Positions 1 through 10,294 of a DNA stretch of 64,000 bases are shown here, piece by piece. The position numbers and the translations under genes were made by a program. Origin of the DNA: Candidatus Margulisiibacteriota bacterium (lineage in GTDB: Bacteria > Margulisbacteria > Marinamargulisbacteria > JBFWNS01); the NCBI GenBank assembly GCA_050250935.1, contig JBFWNS010000003.1, positions 32,001 through 96,000 on the forward strand, read 5' to 3'. How positions within the stretch are numbered: the stretch's first letter is position 1; every line of letters begins with the position of its first letter. The notes beneath the pieces are model-generated. The model made no database searches. It saw nothing but the letters and a program-made list of their open reading frames with translations, and was not told where the DNA came from.

Positions 1-1837
1 TGCGCATGTCTAGGGTCAGTAAATCGCTGGGTCGAACGCTGACATAGTTCAATGATTCGTCGTCCGAGGGAAGTACGCTTAATACCTCGTTGGTTTGAAG
101 TGTTTCTCTTAAGAGCAGGGCGTTTTCAGACAGGCGGTGGTGATACTCGTCCAATGCTTTGGGGCAATGGGTTAGCAAGTGGGTAAAAAATTGAAAGGAG
201 GGGTCGCAGACGTTTTCTGGGGCTTTTAACTTCCCAATTACGGTTGCAAAAACGCCGGGGTCTCCTGTCCAACTGCAATAGCCGCCGGCCACGGAATCCC
301 AGCCAAATTCAAAAAATTTTTGGGCACTGCCGTAGGTGATTAAGAGCAATTGCCCCGCGTTGAGGCGTTGTTGAATGTCGGGATGTCGAAACAGGGCTTG
401 AACCAGCGGATCGTTGAGTCGGTTAAAGGTGGTGTCGATGGCGACCATCAGCGGTTTTTTTCGGTCGGGGGGGCAGTGGTCCAGAATCAGTTTAATCAGA
501 TCTGCGGGTGGGGGGTAGTGGGTGTCGGTGTCAGAGACTGGGGAATGAAAATAAGCGAATAAAAGATCTAGGGCGTGGGATGGGGGTTGAGAAGGAATAT
601 TGAATACGGTTGCCGCTTCCGAATGCAAAGTACTGGCATACAACCCACTTTCATAATACATGTTGTCTTGATAGCCAACTTGAAGGGGCCGGTCTGGGGC
701 CAAGGCTTTGGCCGCCAATAAAATGCCCGATTCTGCAGCCATGCCCGAGGCAAAAACCGTGGCTTCTGTGGGCATCTGGGCCGATAATCCTGTGGCGTGG
801 CAGTAGGCAGCCGTAAAGTCGTTGTTAACGCGATATCTGGGTTGTAATAAGAGCAGTCCGTAAACTTCGCCTAGCAATCTGTGGCAGGGTTGTATCAGTT
901 CTTGGAACGTGGTTCTTGTGGGGTTTTCTTTGAAACGGTCGATGCGATTTTCGAGTTCTTCACAAGTTCGATCGATTCGGGCCAGGGTGTCGTTGGCTGC
1001 TAAATCGAGTAATGGGCCGAGGCTGTTGCGAAGTGCAACCAAAAGATAGTCGATGCTTGGACAGGTTAGGCTCTGGAGCTTGGCGTGTATCAAAGGAGTC
1101 AGATCTGGTTTTACGGGTACTGGGCTGGGCTGAACGTCAGGATGAAGCAGAGCAAGACTTCCCCGCAGGGTTTTGCCATGCGCAAAGACAAAATCGGCCA
1201 ATTCAATGGGCATGGCTACTAGCCCTCGGTGCGATAGGATGTCGAAGAGGGTGTTTTTGCATCCTTCTGGGTCTTGCGGATGGGGGTGGGCAATCAAGAG
1301 GGTTCTCTTTTCGATAGGGAGGAGGGTGATCATCAAATGGTTTCGGTGTAATGCAACACTGTCGGCAGTTCCAGCGTCCTTTTCGGGTAAAATCCAAAGG
1401 ATTTTGCGAGGTTCAAGGTCGGGATCTAGGGTATCAACGGGGGCAGAGAGAGGGCAAATTTCGAAATGTTGGGCCAGCACAGCGCTTGGATCTTGACGCA
1501 GAAAAAGGGCATAGGGTCCACAGTTGTAGGCTTCTTCTAAACGGTGAACCAACGGCAACTGTCTTTGAGCCGTTCTGGCATAGATTGGGCGTAGCGCAGC
1601 ATTGGCGATTCTGGGCACCCAAGGCGAAAGGGCCTCGTTATCCACCAAGCCCCGATCCAGGGCCACCGAGTTTCTGTAGCCATAGGTTACAAAAAATTGA
1701 ACCCACTTCTGTTGCAAAGCCGGGTCCAGCGTTTCGGGGTAGCTGGCCAATTGTGCAACGATTTCAAAATAATGCCTCAGATGGGGATCTGGTTCCTTGG
1801 AAGGTCCCAGGGCAATGATTTTGGTTTGAAAGAACAC
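1..1837 (-). CDS. Large hypothetical protein, partial (runs off the left edge; >610 aa)
   Basis: Absent from the ORF track, consistent with no stop inside the window. GTG at 1837-1835 follows AGGGGG, with an in-frame stop just upstream (1847-1849). The lines I read by hand in this frame had no stops (MFFQTKIIALGPSKEPDPHLRHYF...). No family recognised. Confidence 0.75.
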   Translation of the reverse strand, partial: MFFQTKIIALGPSKEPDPHLRHYFEIVAQLASYPETLDPALQQKWVQFFVTYGYRNSVALDRGLVDNEALSPWVPRIANAALRPIYARTAQRQLPLVHRLEEAYNCGPYALFLRQDPSAVLAQHFEICPLSAPVDTLDPDLEPRKILWILPEKDAGTADSVALHRNHLMITLLPIEKRTLLIAHPHPQDPEGCKNTLFDILSHRGLVAMPIELADFVFAHGKTLRGSLALLHPDVQPSPVPVKPDLTPLIHAKLQSLTCPSIDYLLVALRNSLGPLLDLAANDTLARIDRTCEELENRIDRFKENPTRTTFQELIQPCHRLLGEVYGLLLLQPRYRVNNDFTAAYCHATGLSAQMPTEATVFASGMAAESGILLAAKALAPDRPLQVGYQDNMYYESGLYASTLHSEAATVFNIPSQPPSHALDLLFAYFHSPVSDTDTHYPPPADLIKLILDHCPPDRKKPLMVAIDTTFNRLNDPLVQALFRHPDIQQRLNAGQLLLITYGSAQKFFEFGWDSVAGGYCSWTGDPGVFATVIGKLKAPENVCDPSFQFFTHLLTHCPKALDEYHHRLSENALLLRETLQTNEVLSVLPSDDESLNYVSVRPSDLLTLDMR

Positions 1838-1895
1838 AGAACCCCCTTAGCGCCTTGCAATTTAACAAAAAAATTATCAAAAATTATTAATTTAA

Positions 1896-1924
1896 ATGAT
1901 ACCCTTTGGCCGTTCTTTTTTCAA
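1896..1924 (-). promoter_or_regulatory. Putative sigma70 promoter for the 1837 ORF
   Basis: TTGAAA-N17-TATCAT on the minus strand in an AT-rich intergenic gap. Confidence 0.5.
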
Positions 1925-1941
1925 GTTTTTTTAAGCGTTAA

Positions 1942-4785
1942 CTAAAATAGTTTATCAAAATCAATATCCACAATCGGTAGTTTTAAGGCTTCCAATTGAG
2001 GCCGAACCAACATGCGATCGCCAACCACAACGACCACCATGTTCGACAAAGGCAAATTGGTTTTGGCCAAGGCATCGACATCTGCTTTGGTTAAAGATGC
2101 CAACAGGGCGCGTCGTTTCGATAAAAACAGTGGCGACAAATGATAGGTTAAAATCCGATTCAACAATTCGGCTTTTTGATAGTCCGTTTCCAGCTTCAAC
2201 GCTTCACTTTGGGAAATAGCCCGTTTCATAAAAGCCAATTCGGTTTCGGTGATCCCTTGTTTTTTATAGGTGTTCATCACCACAAACAGGTCTTTAATGG
2301 CTTCGCCGGTGGATTCCATTCGAAAGGCTCCCAAGGCTGCAAAAGGTCCTTTCCATACAGAACCTGTAAACCCAGATCCAGCGCCATAGGTCAGTCCTTT
2401 GTCTTCTCGGAGTTGTAAGTTAATTCGACAGCTAAAGGTGCCGCCCAAGGGGTAATTCATCAAGGTGGCTTTGTAAAACGGACCAGTTGCGTCGTAAGGC
2501 ATGGCCAAATAGCCAATGCGAATTTCGCTTTGAACGGCGTGTTTTTTGTCCACAAAGAAAATTTTTGGTTTGGCATAACTTGGGCTTTTGGGTTCTTGGG
2601 GCAGGGCAATCCCAGAAGATTTCCAGTTCCCCAAAAAGGCCAGCTTGGCCATCAGTTGCTCTTGGCTGAGGTTCGATACGGCGCTTAATTGGGCCAAATG
2701 CGGCGAATAGGCCAGGGCATAGTATTGGCGGCAATCGGCCAAGCTGATGTTCTGAATGGATTTAGCAGTCCCTTCCACGGGATAGGCCCAAGGGTGTTGA
2801 GGCCCGTAAAGAACCCGTCGAAAGGTTTGATTGGCCACATAGTCGGCCTTGGTGGCCAGGTGGGCACTTTCTTCGGTTTTTTGATTTTTGATTCGATTAA
2901 AATCCGCTTCTTTAAATCCTGGGTTAAAAAGCCGTTCTTGCAGCAACACCAGGGTTTTGTCGAGGTTGTCTGTCAACGATTCAACCGTAATGACGGTGCT
3001 GTCTTCGTCGGACCCAATCAAGATGCTGCTGCCCAGTTTTTCCAGGCTTTCGGTGATGGCTTCGTTGGTGGTCGATTTGCTGTCTTGCATCAGCATATCG
3101 GCGGTCAGTTGGGCGAGACCTGCTTTTTGTGGCGCTACCAACCGGTGTCCGCCTTGGATGGTGATTTGAAGCAAGGTGGTGGGAAAACGGGTGTCCTGAA
3201 TGCCTGCGAATTTGAGGGTGTTGGGAAGATCTGCAAACCAAATTTTGGGCTCTTTAATCACTGGAGCGGGGCCTGCTGTGGGTTGAATGTTGCGATCGAA
3301 GGTGTCTTGAACCGGGCGAAGTGGCATGGGAATGGAGGGTTTCGTGGTCAGGTTTGAAGAGGGAATAATATAGGAGTCTGGGCCAGCAATCAAAGACCGA
3401 TAACCTTTGGGATACACACTCAAAGCGACAAAAGGTTTGCCTTTGATGTAGGTGTTGTACACCCGCAAGACATCGTCTTTGGACACGGCTAAATATTGGG
3501 CGGTGTCATAGGGAAGGCCATTGGGATTTCCCGCCAAGGTTTGGTAGTTGGCCAGCAAAAAGCCTTTGTCGTCGACGCTTTTAAGTTGGTTGGCTGTGTC
3601 TTTTAGGACCGAGGCTTTAAACCGTTCCAAATCGTCGTTGGAAATGCCATCGGTTTCGATGCTTTTCAGCACAGCTTTGATCTGTGACAAGGTTTCCACC
3701 AACGATTGATTGGGATACCCAATGGCATTGATGGTGAATTCCCCAGCCAATTCAGAGCAAGAATTAAAGGCGTTGGCCTGCAAAGCCAGTTGGGGTTTAA
3801 CCATTTTTTGATTCAACCGGGAGGTCACCCCTTGCCCAATAATCATGGCCAGACAGTCTAGGGGGGCTTCGTCTTTGTGATAGCTGGGCACGGTGGGAAA
3901 AGTCAGCACCAGTTGGGGGAATCTCACCATGGGATCTTCATGAGAGACGAATCGGTTTTGGTCTAAAATAACGGGTTCGGGTTTGGGTTTTTCGACCAAA
4001 GGACCTGCGGGGATGGGGTCAAAATATTTTTCGATCCAGGTTAAGGCTTGGGTTTTGTCGAAATCACCGCAAAGCGTTAAAACGGCGTTGTTGGGGCCAT
4101 ACCAACGCAAAAAGAAATATCGTAAATCGTCGACTGTGGCATTGTTTAAATCGTTGATGTACCCAATGGTCAACCACGAATAGGGGTGGGTTGGGGGATA
4201 CAAAGCCCTCATCGTTTGTTCGCCACTAAGGCCGTAGGGGCGATTGTCGAAGTTTTGGCGTCTTTCGTTTTTGACGGTGTCGCGTTGGGTTTCGAATTTG
4301 GCTTTGTCGACGGCATCCAATAAAAAGCCCATGCGGTCGGCTTCCAACCACAACATGGTTTCGAGTTGGTTGGCTGGAACGGTTTCAAAATAATTGGTTC
4401 TGTCTCGGCTGGTGGTTCCATTCAAACGACCCCCAGCTTCGGTGATGATGCGAAAATGCTCTTTGTTGGCAACATGTTTGGAGCCCTGGAACATCATGTG
4501 CTCAAAAAAATGTGCAAACCCCGATTTGCCCACGGCTTCTCTGGCCGATCCCACGTGGTAGGTCATACTGACATGCACAATAGGGTTGCTGTGGTCTTCG
4601 CTCAAAATCACGATTAACCCATTGGGCAGTTGGTATTTTTCGAAAGGAATGAACCAATTGGAATTGGAAGTACTGACTTTTTCAATCAGCTTTGGAATCG
4701 CAAATAGGGGTTGAGATCCCAAAATCAAAGCGAAAAAAGTGGCAAAAATCAGGTTGAAGCCAAGGGATCGAAGCGAAATTTTCAT
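1942..4785 (-). CDS. Secreted M16 family zinc peptidase (pitrilysin/PqqL-like, two-half fusion)
   Basis: Signal peptide; inverted zinc motif HFFEH; NGTTSRDRTNYFE; second half with LREDKGLTYG motif. Confidence 0.92.
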   Translation of the reverse strand: MKISLRSLGFNLIFATFFALILGSQPLFAIPKLIEKVSTSNSNWFIPFEKYQLPNGLIVILSEDHSNPIVHVSMTYHVGSAREAVGKSGFAHFFEHMMFQGSKHVANKEHFRIITEAGGRLNGTTSRDRTNYFETVPANQLETMLWLEADRMGFLLDAVDKAKFETQRDTVKNERRQNFDNRPYGLSGEQTMRALYPPTHPYSWLTIGYINDLNNATVDDLRYFFLRWYGPNNAVLTLCGDFDKTQALTWIEKYFDPIPAGPLVEKPKPEPVILDQNRFVSHEDPMVRFPQLVLTFPTVPSYHKDEAPLDCLAMIIGQGVTSRLNQKMVKPQLALQANAFNSCSELAGEFTINAIGYPNQSLVETLSQIKAVLKSIETDGISNDDLERFKASVLKDTANQLKSVDDKGFLLANYQTLAGNPNGLPYDTAQYLAVSKDDVLRVYNTYIKGKPFVALSVYPKGYRSLIAGPDSYIIPSSNLTTKPSIPMPLRPVQDTFDRNIQPTAGPAPVIKEPKIWFADLPNTLKFAGIQDTRFPTTLLQITIQGGHRLVAPQKAGLAQLTADMLMQDSKSTTNEAITESLEKLGSSILIGSDEDSTVITVESLTDNLDKTLVLLQERLFNPGFKEADFNRIKNQKTEESAHLATKADYVANQTFRRVLYGPQHPWAYPVEGTAKSIQNISLADCRQYYALAYSPHLAQLSAVSNLSQEQLMAKLAFLGNWKSSGIALPQEPKSPSYAKPKIFFVDKKHAVQSEIRIGYLAMPYDATGPFYKATLMNYPLGGTFSCRINLQLREDKGLTYGAGSGFTGSVWKGPFAALGAFRMESTGEAIKDLFVVMNTYKKQGITETELAFMKRAISQSEALKLETDYQKAELLNRILTYHLSPLFLSKRRALLASLTKADVDALAKTNLPLSNMVVVVVGDRMLVRPQLEALKLPIVDIDFDKLF

Positions 4786-4887
4786 GGGGTGTCCTTAAGC
4801 GTGGAAATACCTTCATTTTAAGAAAGGTTTAAGAATCACACAACCGGGGCATTACTTTTTTATAGTTCAAAAAAGAGGTGAAATTCA

Positions 4888-5205
4888 ATGTCAGACCAAG
4901 AACAATTGCTGGAAATGGGTCATTTTGTGGCCTCTCAATTAAAACCGCAAGAACAAGGTGTACGTATTCAAGCGACCCTTGCCCCAGGTTTAAAATGGGA
5001 TGCTTGGATTTCGCGAACCGAATTGGTGCTTAAAGAGAAAAGAGATTTAACCGAAACCTCTTATAAGATGGGGTTTAATCCCGCTTCGTTTGAAGTGGAC
5101 GAAGAACCGGTCGAAAAACAAGTGTTGTCGGGGTTGAAAGATAAAATCAAATTGTTACTTGCCATGGTGGGGCAGCATAAGGCCACTGTGGTGTTTGTGG
5201 TGTAG
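4888..5205 (+). CDS. Hypothetical protein (105 aa)
   Basis: ATG preceded by GAGGTG Shine-Dalgarno; no family recognised. Confidence 0.7.
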   Translation: MSDQEQLLEMGHFVASQLKPQEQGVRIQATLAPGLKWDAWISRTELVLKEKRDLTETSYKMGFNPASFEVDEEPVEKQVLSGLKDKIKLLLAMVGQHKATVVFVV

Positions 5206-5217
5206 GGGGAGGTTTTA

Positions 5218-6340
5218 ATGTCAGCAATTCAAGGTCCTTTTAGGTCCGCTCAGCAGTTAGGGCAAATTGTACAAAATCGTTTCGACCGTGCTAGTGCAAC
5301 TTTAACGCGAGTTGGGCGGACGGCTTTCTGAATTTTTTGATCCGAAAGACTCTCCGAAGCCGGCTCTGACTTCGGCTCAGTCTTTTGTTCGTCGTGTTAG
5401 AGCTGGCGCCTCAGATTTAGATAACGCTAAACGGCTGATTGTCAAAATGGATATAGAAGCGCTTGCTTCTAAGGATTGTACTCAGAATACGCTTGATAAT
5501 TTGCAGCAATTTATTAAAACGACGGGTTTTGATCTTAAATTCCATGAACCGTCTTTGAGACTGGTTTTGACAGCTTTATTTGACAAGTCTTCTGAATTGC
5601 AGCTTGAAGATCGGCTTGTGTTTTTGAAGGCCTGTTCAAAAATGGCTATTGATTATTCTGCTCTATTAAGCGAAATAATAGGGGGCAGCCGTGACGAATC
5701 TGAAATGGGGTTGGCAAAACCTTGGTTTGATCTTATTCGAAAGGTAGATGAGGCGATTTCTAATCTTCAAATCGAATCTTTATCTTCTGTCGTTCCGCCT
5801 CGGGTGCCTGCCCATATTCGAGAAGTTGCTCTGGAAAAAAAGTCAGAGCAGGCTGGTTCTGTGGAACAAATTTTGGCAAAGACCGTCTCGCAATTGTCTG
5901 ATAAATTAAGTTCTCAGTATCGTGATTATGCTGACAATAGGGGTGCTACGGTTGCGTTTCAAACCAGGATAGCAGAGATCTATTTTCAAGGTATAACTAG
6001 GCTTGAAGATGCGCGTTTGACTGCATTTCCTCCTTACACGACTTTGAATTTAGAGTCCTTGGACGCCAAATTGATCCAAATTCGACAGTCCCTTGAAGAA
6101 GCAAAAAAAGATGTTCCAAGGACTATTGCGGAAGATGTGTTTTCAGCGGAAAAAATACAGGCCGAATTGCAGGAAATTAAAAAAAGGGTTCTTGAAAAAG
6201 TGTTGACTTTGTTAAAACCTCTTCCATTAATAGAGCCTGCAGAGAGGGTTCGCGTTAAAGCCCTTTGGGATGCTTATCAAGAATTGCCTGGGGCAAATTC
6301 GGATTTGATTCTGCATAAAAAGTTTTTAGGGCAGCTTTAA
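5218..6340 (+). CDS. Hypothetical helical protein, apparently frameshifted near 5306-5331
   Basis: Strong GGGGGAGG SD before ATG 5218, but that frame stops at TGA 5329-5331. A 342-aa ORF in the +1 frame runs 5312-6340 from a weak TTG. Confidence 0.55.
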
Positions 6341-7142
6341 TTGCCCGAATTTGCTGGATATTTCCGGTTAAGATAAACAGTGCCAAACTAATGAGGTGGT
6401 GACTCCACCGTCGTAGTCCGCGAAGGTTTTGCCAGTGAAACAGCAGTTTGTTTCGTTCATAAATGGCATCGACTTCCGCTTTTGTGTAGTGGCTTCCAAT
6501 GGTGCCTTGGTGGCAATGCAAAAACGTTGCGGCGTTGGTGTAAAGGCTTTTAAGGTTCTGTTGCCAGCCGCGGTAGCCCAGATCCAGATCTTCAAAATAG
6601 AATGGTGAATAGATGGGGTTAAAGCCTTTAAACGCGTCAAAAACACTTTTTTTGATGAAGACACCACCCCCGCAGCCCCAGGCGATGGAGCGGCCTTCGA
6701 TCAGGTCTTCGGGTTTTGCGTCCATCACATCACCATGTAAAAAACCGCCGGCAAACTGGGTGACGGTGATGGATTCAATTTTGCCATAGCGCTGGTTGAT
6801 GATTTTGGGGGTGACTGAAAAGACATCGGGCTGGGACAAATAGGCCAAAATGGGGTCAAAATCCAGGGTTTCGATTTTGATGTCCGAATTCAAAAACAGC
6901 AAAATGGGATACTGGGCTGCTGCAGCACCTGCGTTGGCGGTGATGGAAAATCCCGAATTGACGGGGTTTTGAATTTGGCGAACCTTGGGATGATCGGTGG
7001 TATAGCCGCCATCGGTGCTGGCATCGTCGACCAAGATCACCTCGTAGGGATGGCCAAGGGTATCCAGAATGGCCAAATTGTTTGGCAAGAATTGGTCGAG
7101 CAGGTGTTTACCGTTAAAATTGGGAATGATGACAGAAAGCAT
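6255..7142 (-). CDS. Glycosyltransferase family 2
   Basis: SVIIPNFNG, VDDASTD, LFLNSD, FEDLDLGYR motifs. Confidence 0.92.
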   Translation of the reverse strand: MLSVIIPNFNGKHLLDQFLPNNLAILDTLGHPYEVILVDDASTDGGYTTDHPKVRQIQNPVNSGFSITANAGAAAAQYPILLFLNSDIKIETLDFDPILAYLSQPDVFSVTPKIINQRYGKIESITVTQFAGGFLHGDVMDAKPEDLIEGRSIAWGCGGGVFIKKSVFDAFKGFNPIYSPFYFEDLDLGYRGWQQNLKSLYTNAATFLHCHQGTIGSHYTKAEVDAIYERNKLLFHWQNLRGLRRWSHHLISLALFILTGNIQQIRAIKAALKTFYAESNPNLPQAILDKHPKGL

Positions 7143-7222
7143 GGTAAATACTAAGGGTTTTCATGGGTGGATTGGATGGGTTACAGTATAGGTCTAAATC
7201 CGTCCCTTAGGAAACCATTAAA

Positions 7223-8245
7223 ATGACACCACATTCTTCCATGCAACCGTCCATTGACCCTGCCGTCATCAACGGTAAAGTGATTTTGATTACCGGCGGC
7301 ACAGGCTCGTTTGGTAAGGCGTTTGTGAAACATATTTTGGCGCATTATTCGCCCAAAAAATTGATTATTTTTTCCCGAGATGAACTGAAACAATTTGAAA
7401 TGCAGCAAGAATTTCCCAACCGTGGCGTGTTGCGCTATTTTCTGGGTGATATTCGCGATCAAGACCGCTTAAAACGGGCCTTTAAAGGCGTGGACATTAT
7501 TGTGCATGCCGCGGCCATGAAACAGGTGGAAGCTTCGGAATACAATCCTTTCGAAGCTGTCAAAACCAATGTGATCGGGGCCGAAAACATCATTTCCGAA
7601 GCCATCGATCAAAAAGTAAAGCGGGTGATTGTGTTAAGCACCGATAAAGCGGCAAGTCCCGTGAATTTGTATGGGGCAACAAAGTTGTGTATGGAAAAGC
7701 TGTTTGTTGCCGCCAACAACTATGCCGATCCCGATTCGCCCACGGTGTTTAGTGTGGTGCGGTATGGCAATGTGGTGGGCAGTCGAGGTTCTGTAGTGCC
7801 GTTTTTCTTGCGAAAAAAATCCGAGGGTGTGTTGCCCATTACCGATCCGCGCATGACCCGATTCTGGATTACCTTGCCCCAGGCTGTGGATTTTGTGTTG
7901 CAGTCCTTGCAAGACATGAAAGGGGCCGAGATTTTTATCCCCAAACTCCCCACCATGAACATTGTCGATTTGGCCAAAGCTTTGGCGCCCGAGTGCAAAC
8001 AGGAAATCATTGGTATTCGTCCTGGCGAAAAAATCCACGAAGCCATGATGACGGAAGACGAATCTTACAACGCCATCGAGCAAGACACCCGATACATCAT
8101 TCAAACCAAAAGTAATTTTAGGGAAATTCACCCGCATACGGGTGGGGCGGTCGAAGAAGGCTTTCGCTATTCCAGCGACACGGCTCCAGACAAGCTGAAC
8201 GTGGATCAGTTATTGGCCATGTTGAAAACCATTACGGTCGAATGA
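7223..8245 (+). CDS. pseB: UDP-N-acetylglucosamine 4,6-dehydratase (inverting)
   Basis: GGTGSFG, SRDELKQ, STDKA, NLYGATK, RYGNVVGSRGSV, MTRFWITL, GIRPGEK. Confidence 0.95.
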   Translation: MTPHSSMQPSIDPAVINGKVILITGGTGSFGKAFVKHILAHYSPKKLIIFSRDELKQFEMQQEFPNRGVLRYFLGDIRDQDRLKRAFKGVDIIVHAAAMKQVEASEYNPFEAVKTNVIGAENIISEAIDQKVKRVIVLSTDKAASPVNLYGATKLCMEKLFVAANNYADPDSPTVFSVVRYGNVVGSRGSVVPFFLRKKSEGVLPITDPRMTRFWITLPQAVDFVLQSLQDMKGAEIFIPKLPTMNIVDLAKALAPECKQEIIGIRPGEKIHEAMMTEDESYNAIEQDTRYIIQTKSNFREIHPHTGGAVEEGFRYSSDTAPDKLNVDQLLAMLKTITVE

Positions 8246-9393
8246 CCTCTTTTTTGCCGTATTCCACCCAACATATCGACGAAGACGATATCCAAGCGGT
8301 GGTGTCGGTGTTGCGGTCTTCGCACCTAACCCAAGGGCCTGCCATTGCCCAATTCGAAACGGATATTGCCCAGAAAGTGGGGGCACAATTTGGGGTGGCG
8401 GTGTCGAATGGGACGGCGGCTTTGCACCTGTGTTGTCTGGCGATTGGCCTTTCAGAAGGCGACGAGGTGATTACCACCCCCAATACGTTTGTGGCCTCGG
8501 CCAATGCTGCCCTCTATTGTGGGGCAATCCCTGTTTTTGCCGATATTAATTCCGATACGGGTTTAATTGATGTGGCGCAAATTGAAGCCAAAATAACCCC
8601 AAAAACCAAGGCCATTATTCCGGTTGATTTTTCGGGAACACCCACCGATTTGGAGCCTATTTTTGCCTTGGCCAAACGCCATGGTTTGGTGGTGATTCAG
8701 GATGCCTGCCATTCTCTGGGGGCCACCTACCAGGATCAGGTTGTGGGGAACAATGCTTTTGCCCACATGACGGTGTTTAGCTTTCATCCCGTTAAACCGC
8801 TCACCACAGGGGAAGGGGGCTTGATCACCACCAACGATCCAGCGCTATACGACAAACTGGTGCTTTTGCGCACCCATGGCATTACCAAAGACCCCGAAAA
8901 ATTGTCTCAAAATCCCGGTCCTTGGTACTACGAAATGACGGCCTTGGGCTTCAACTACCGCATGACTGATCTTCAAGCCGCCTTGGGCAGTTCTCAACTT
9001 CGAAAGCTAGATGCTTTTACTCAAAAAAGGCAGGCGCTGGCCGCTGTTTATGATGCTGCCTTTGCCGATTGGACCTGGTTAACGCCCTTGCGCGTGCCCG
9101 CCCATAGAACTTCGGCCCGGCATTTGTACGTTGTCAAAATCAATTTTGAAGCCATTGGCAAAACAAGAGCCGAGGTGATGGCTCATCTTAAAGACCGGGG
9201 CATCGGTTCTCAGGTTCACTATGCGCCGGTTTACGATCAGCCTTACTACCACCGTTTCCTGGCGTGTCGTCCCAACTGCCCCAACATGGATGCGTATTAT
9301 GCCCAAGCCTTAAGTTTGCCTTTGTATCCTGCACTTGAGGCCTCGGATCAACACCGTGTGGTGGAGGCCCTGCATGACCTTACCCGAACTTAA
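8242..9393 (+). CDS. pseC: UDP-4-amino-4,6-dideoxy-N-acetyl-beta-L-altrosamine transaminase (DegT family)
   Basis: LTQGP, SNGTAALH, FSFHPVK (PLP lysine), WYYEMTALGFNYR; overlaps pseB stop. Confidence 0.93.
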   Translation: MTSFLPYSTQHIDEDDIQAVVSVLRSSHLTQGPAIAQFETDIAQKVGAQFGVAVSNGTAALHLCCLAIGLSEGDEVITTPNTFVASANAALYCGAIPVFADINSDTGLIDVAQIEAKITPKTKAIIPVDFSGTPTDLEPIFALAKRHGLVVIQDACHSLGATYQDQVVGNNAFAHMTVFSFHPVKPLTTGEGGLITTNDPALYDKLVLLRTHGITKDPEKLSQNPGPWYYEMTALGFNYRMTDLQAALGSSQLRKLDAFTQKRQALAAVYDAAFADWTWLTPLRVPAHRTSARHLYVVKINFEAIGKTRAEVMAHLKDRGIGSQVHYAPVYDQPYYHRFLACRPNCPNMDAYYAQALSLPLYPALEASDQHRVVEALHDLTRT

Positions 9394-10294
9394 CTGGCAT
9401 GGCATGACCCTGCCCCAGCTGGTGTTGGGGACGGTGCAATTGGGGTTGCCATACGGCGTGGCCAATGTGTCGGGCCAACCCAGCTTCGACGAAGCCCAAA
9501 CCATGATTACCTGCGCGCTGGAATCCGGGCTGACGTGGTTTGATACCGCCCAATCTTATGGCGACAGCGAAGCGGTGTTGGGCGCTTCTTTTTTAAGCTC
9601 CAAGATTCAACCCACTGTGATTACCAAGCTGCATCCCGATTTGGACCCTACCGATTCAAAGGCTGTTTTCGAGTCGATTCGGTTGTCGTGTCAAATTTTA
9701 AACCAGCCCACCATTTTTGCCGTTTTACTGCACCGGGCCGAGGCTTTGGCATTTTGGGACAAAGGGTTGGGCGAGGGTTTGTTAAGGGCCAAGGATGCGG
9801 GCTTGGTTCAGTTGTTGGGGGTTTCGGTGTACGAACCCGACGAATTGAAGGCCGTCACCGAGCATCCCCACATGGCTGTTGCCCAGTTGCCGTTTAATGC
9901 CTGGGACAATCGCTTTTTGACCACTCATGCTTTAACAGAGGCCCAAAACAACGGGGTATTGTGCTTTGCTCGAAGCATTTTTTTACAAGGGCTGTTGTTA
10001 ATGCCCCCTGCTGCCATCGAGTCGAGGGTTCCGGGGTCCTTGCCCATTGCCACGGCCTGGGAGGGCTTATGCGTGTCCTTGAACCTGAACCCCGAACAAG
10101 TGGCGATCCGCTATGCCAAAGCCTTTGGGCTGCCCTTGGTTTTGGGTGTCGAACGATTGGGTCAATTGCAAAACAACCTCAGTCTGATCCTAGAACCGGC
10201 GTTTGATATCCAAACCGTTCAGCACATCGCCAAAACCCTTCATCCTTTTTCCAAAAAAGAAATTGTCAACCCGAGTTTGTGGCCAGTATCATAG
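9374..10294 (+). CDS. Aldo/keto reductase
   Basis: LGTVQLGLPYG, FDTAQSYGDSE, GVSVY, ARSIFLQGLL; ATG 9374 preceded by GGAGG preferred over the 9335 start. Confidence 0.9.
   Translation: MTLPELNWHGMTLPQLVLGTVQLGLPYGVANVSGQPSFDEAQTMITCALESGLTWFDTAQSYGDSEAVLGASFLSSKIQPTVITKLHPDLDPTDSKAVFESIRLSCQILNQPTIFAVLLHRAEALAFWDKGLGEGLLRAKDAGLVQLLGVSVYEPDELKAVTEHPHMAVAQLPFNAWDNRFLTTHALTEAQNNGVLCFARSIFLQGLLLMPPAAIESRVPGSLPIATAWEGLCVSLNLNPEQVAIRYAKAFGLPLVLGVERLGQLQNNLSLILEPAFDIQTVQHIAKTLHPFSKKEIVNPSLWPVS

Noticed and set aside
350..1945. Short plus- and minus-strand ORFs in the track
   Set aside because: Shadows of the long minus-strand ORF 1-1837 that the track omitted
6255..6340. Tail-to-tail overlaps of convergent genes as a regulatory system
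   Set aside because: Common in compact genomes, and nothing here indicates a specific function
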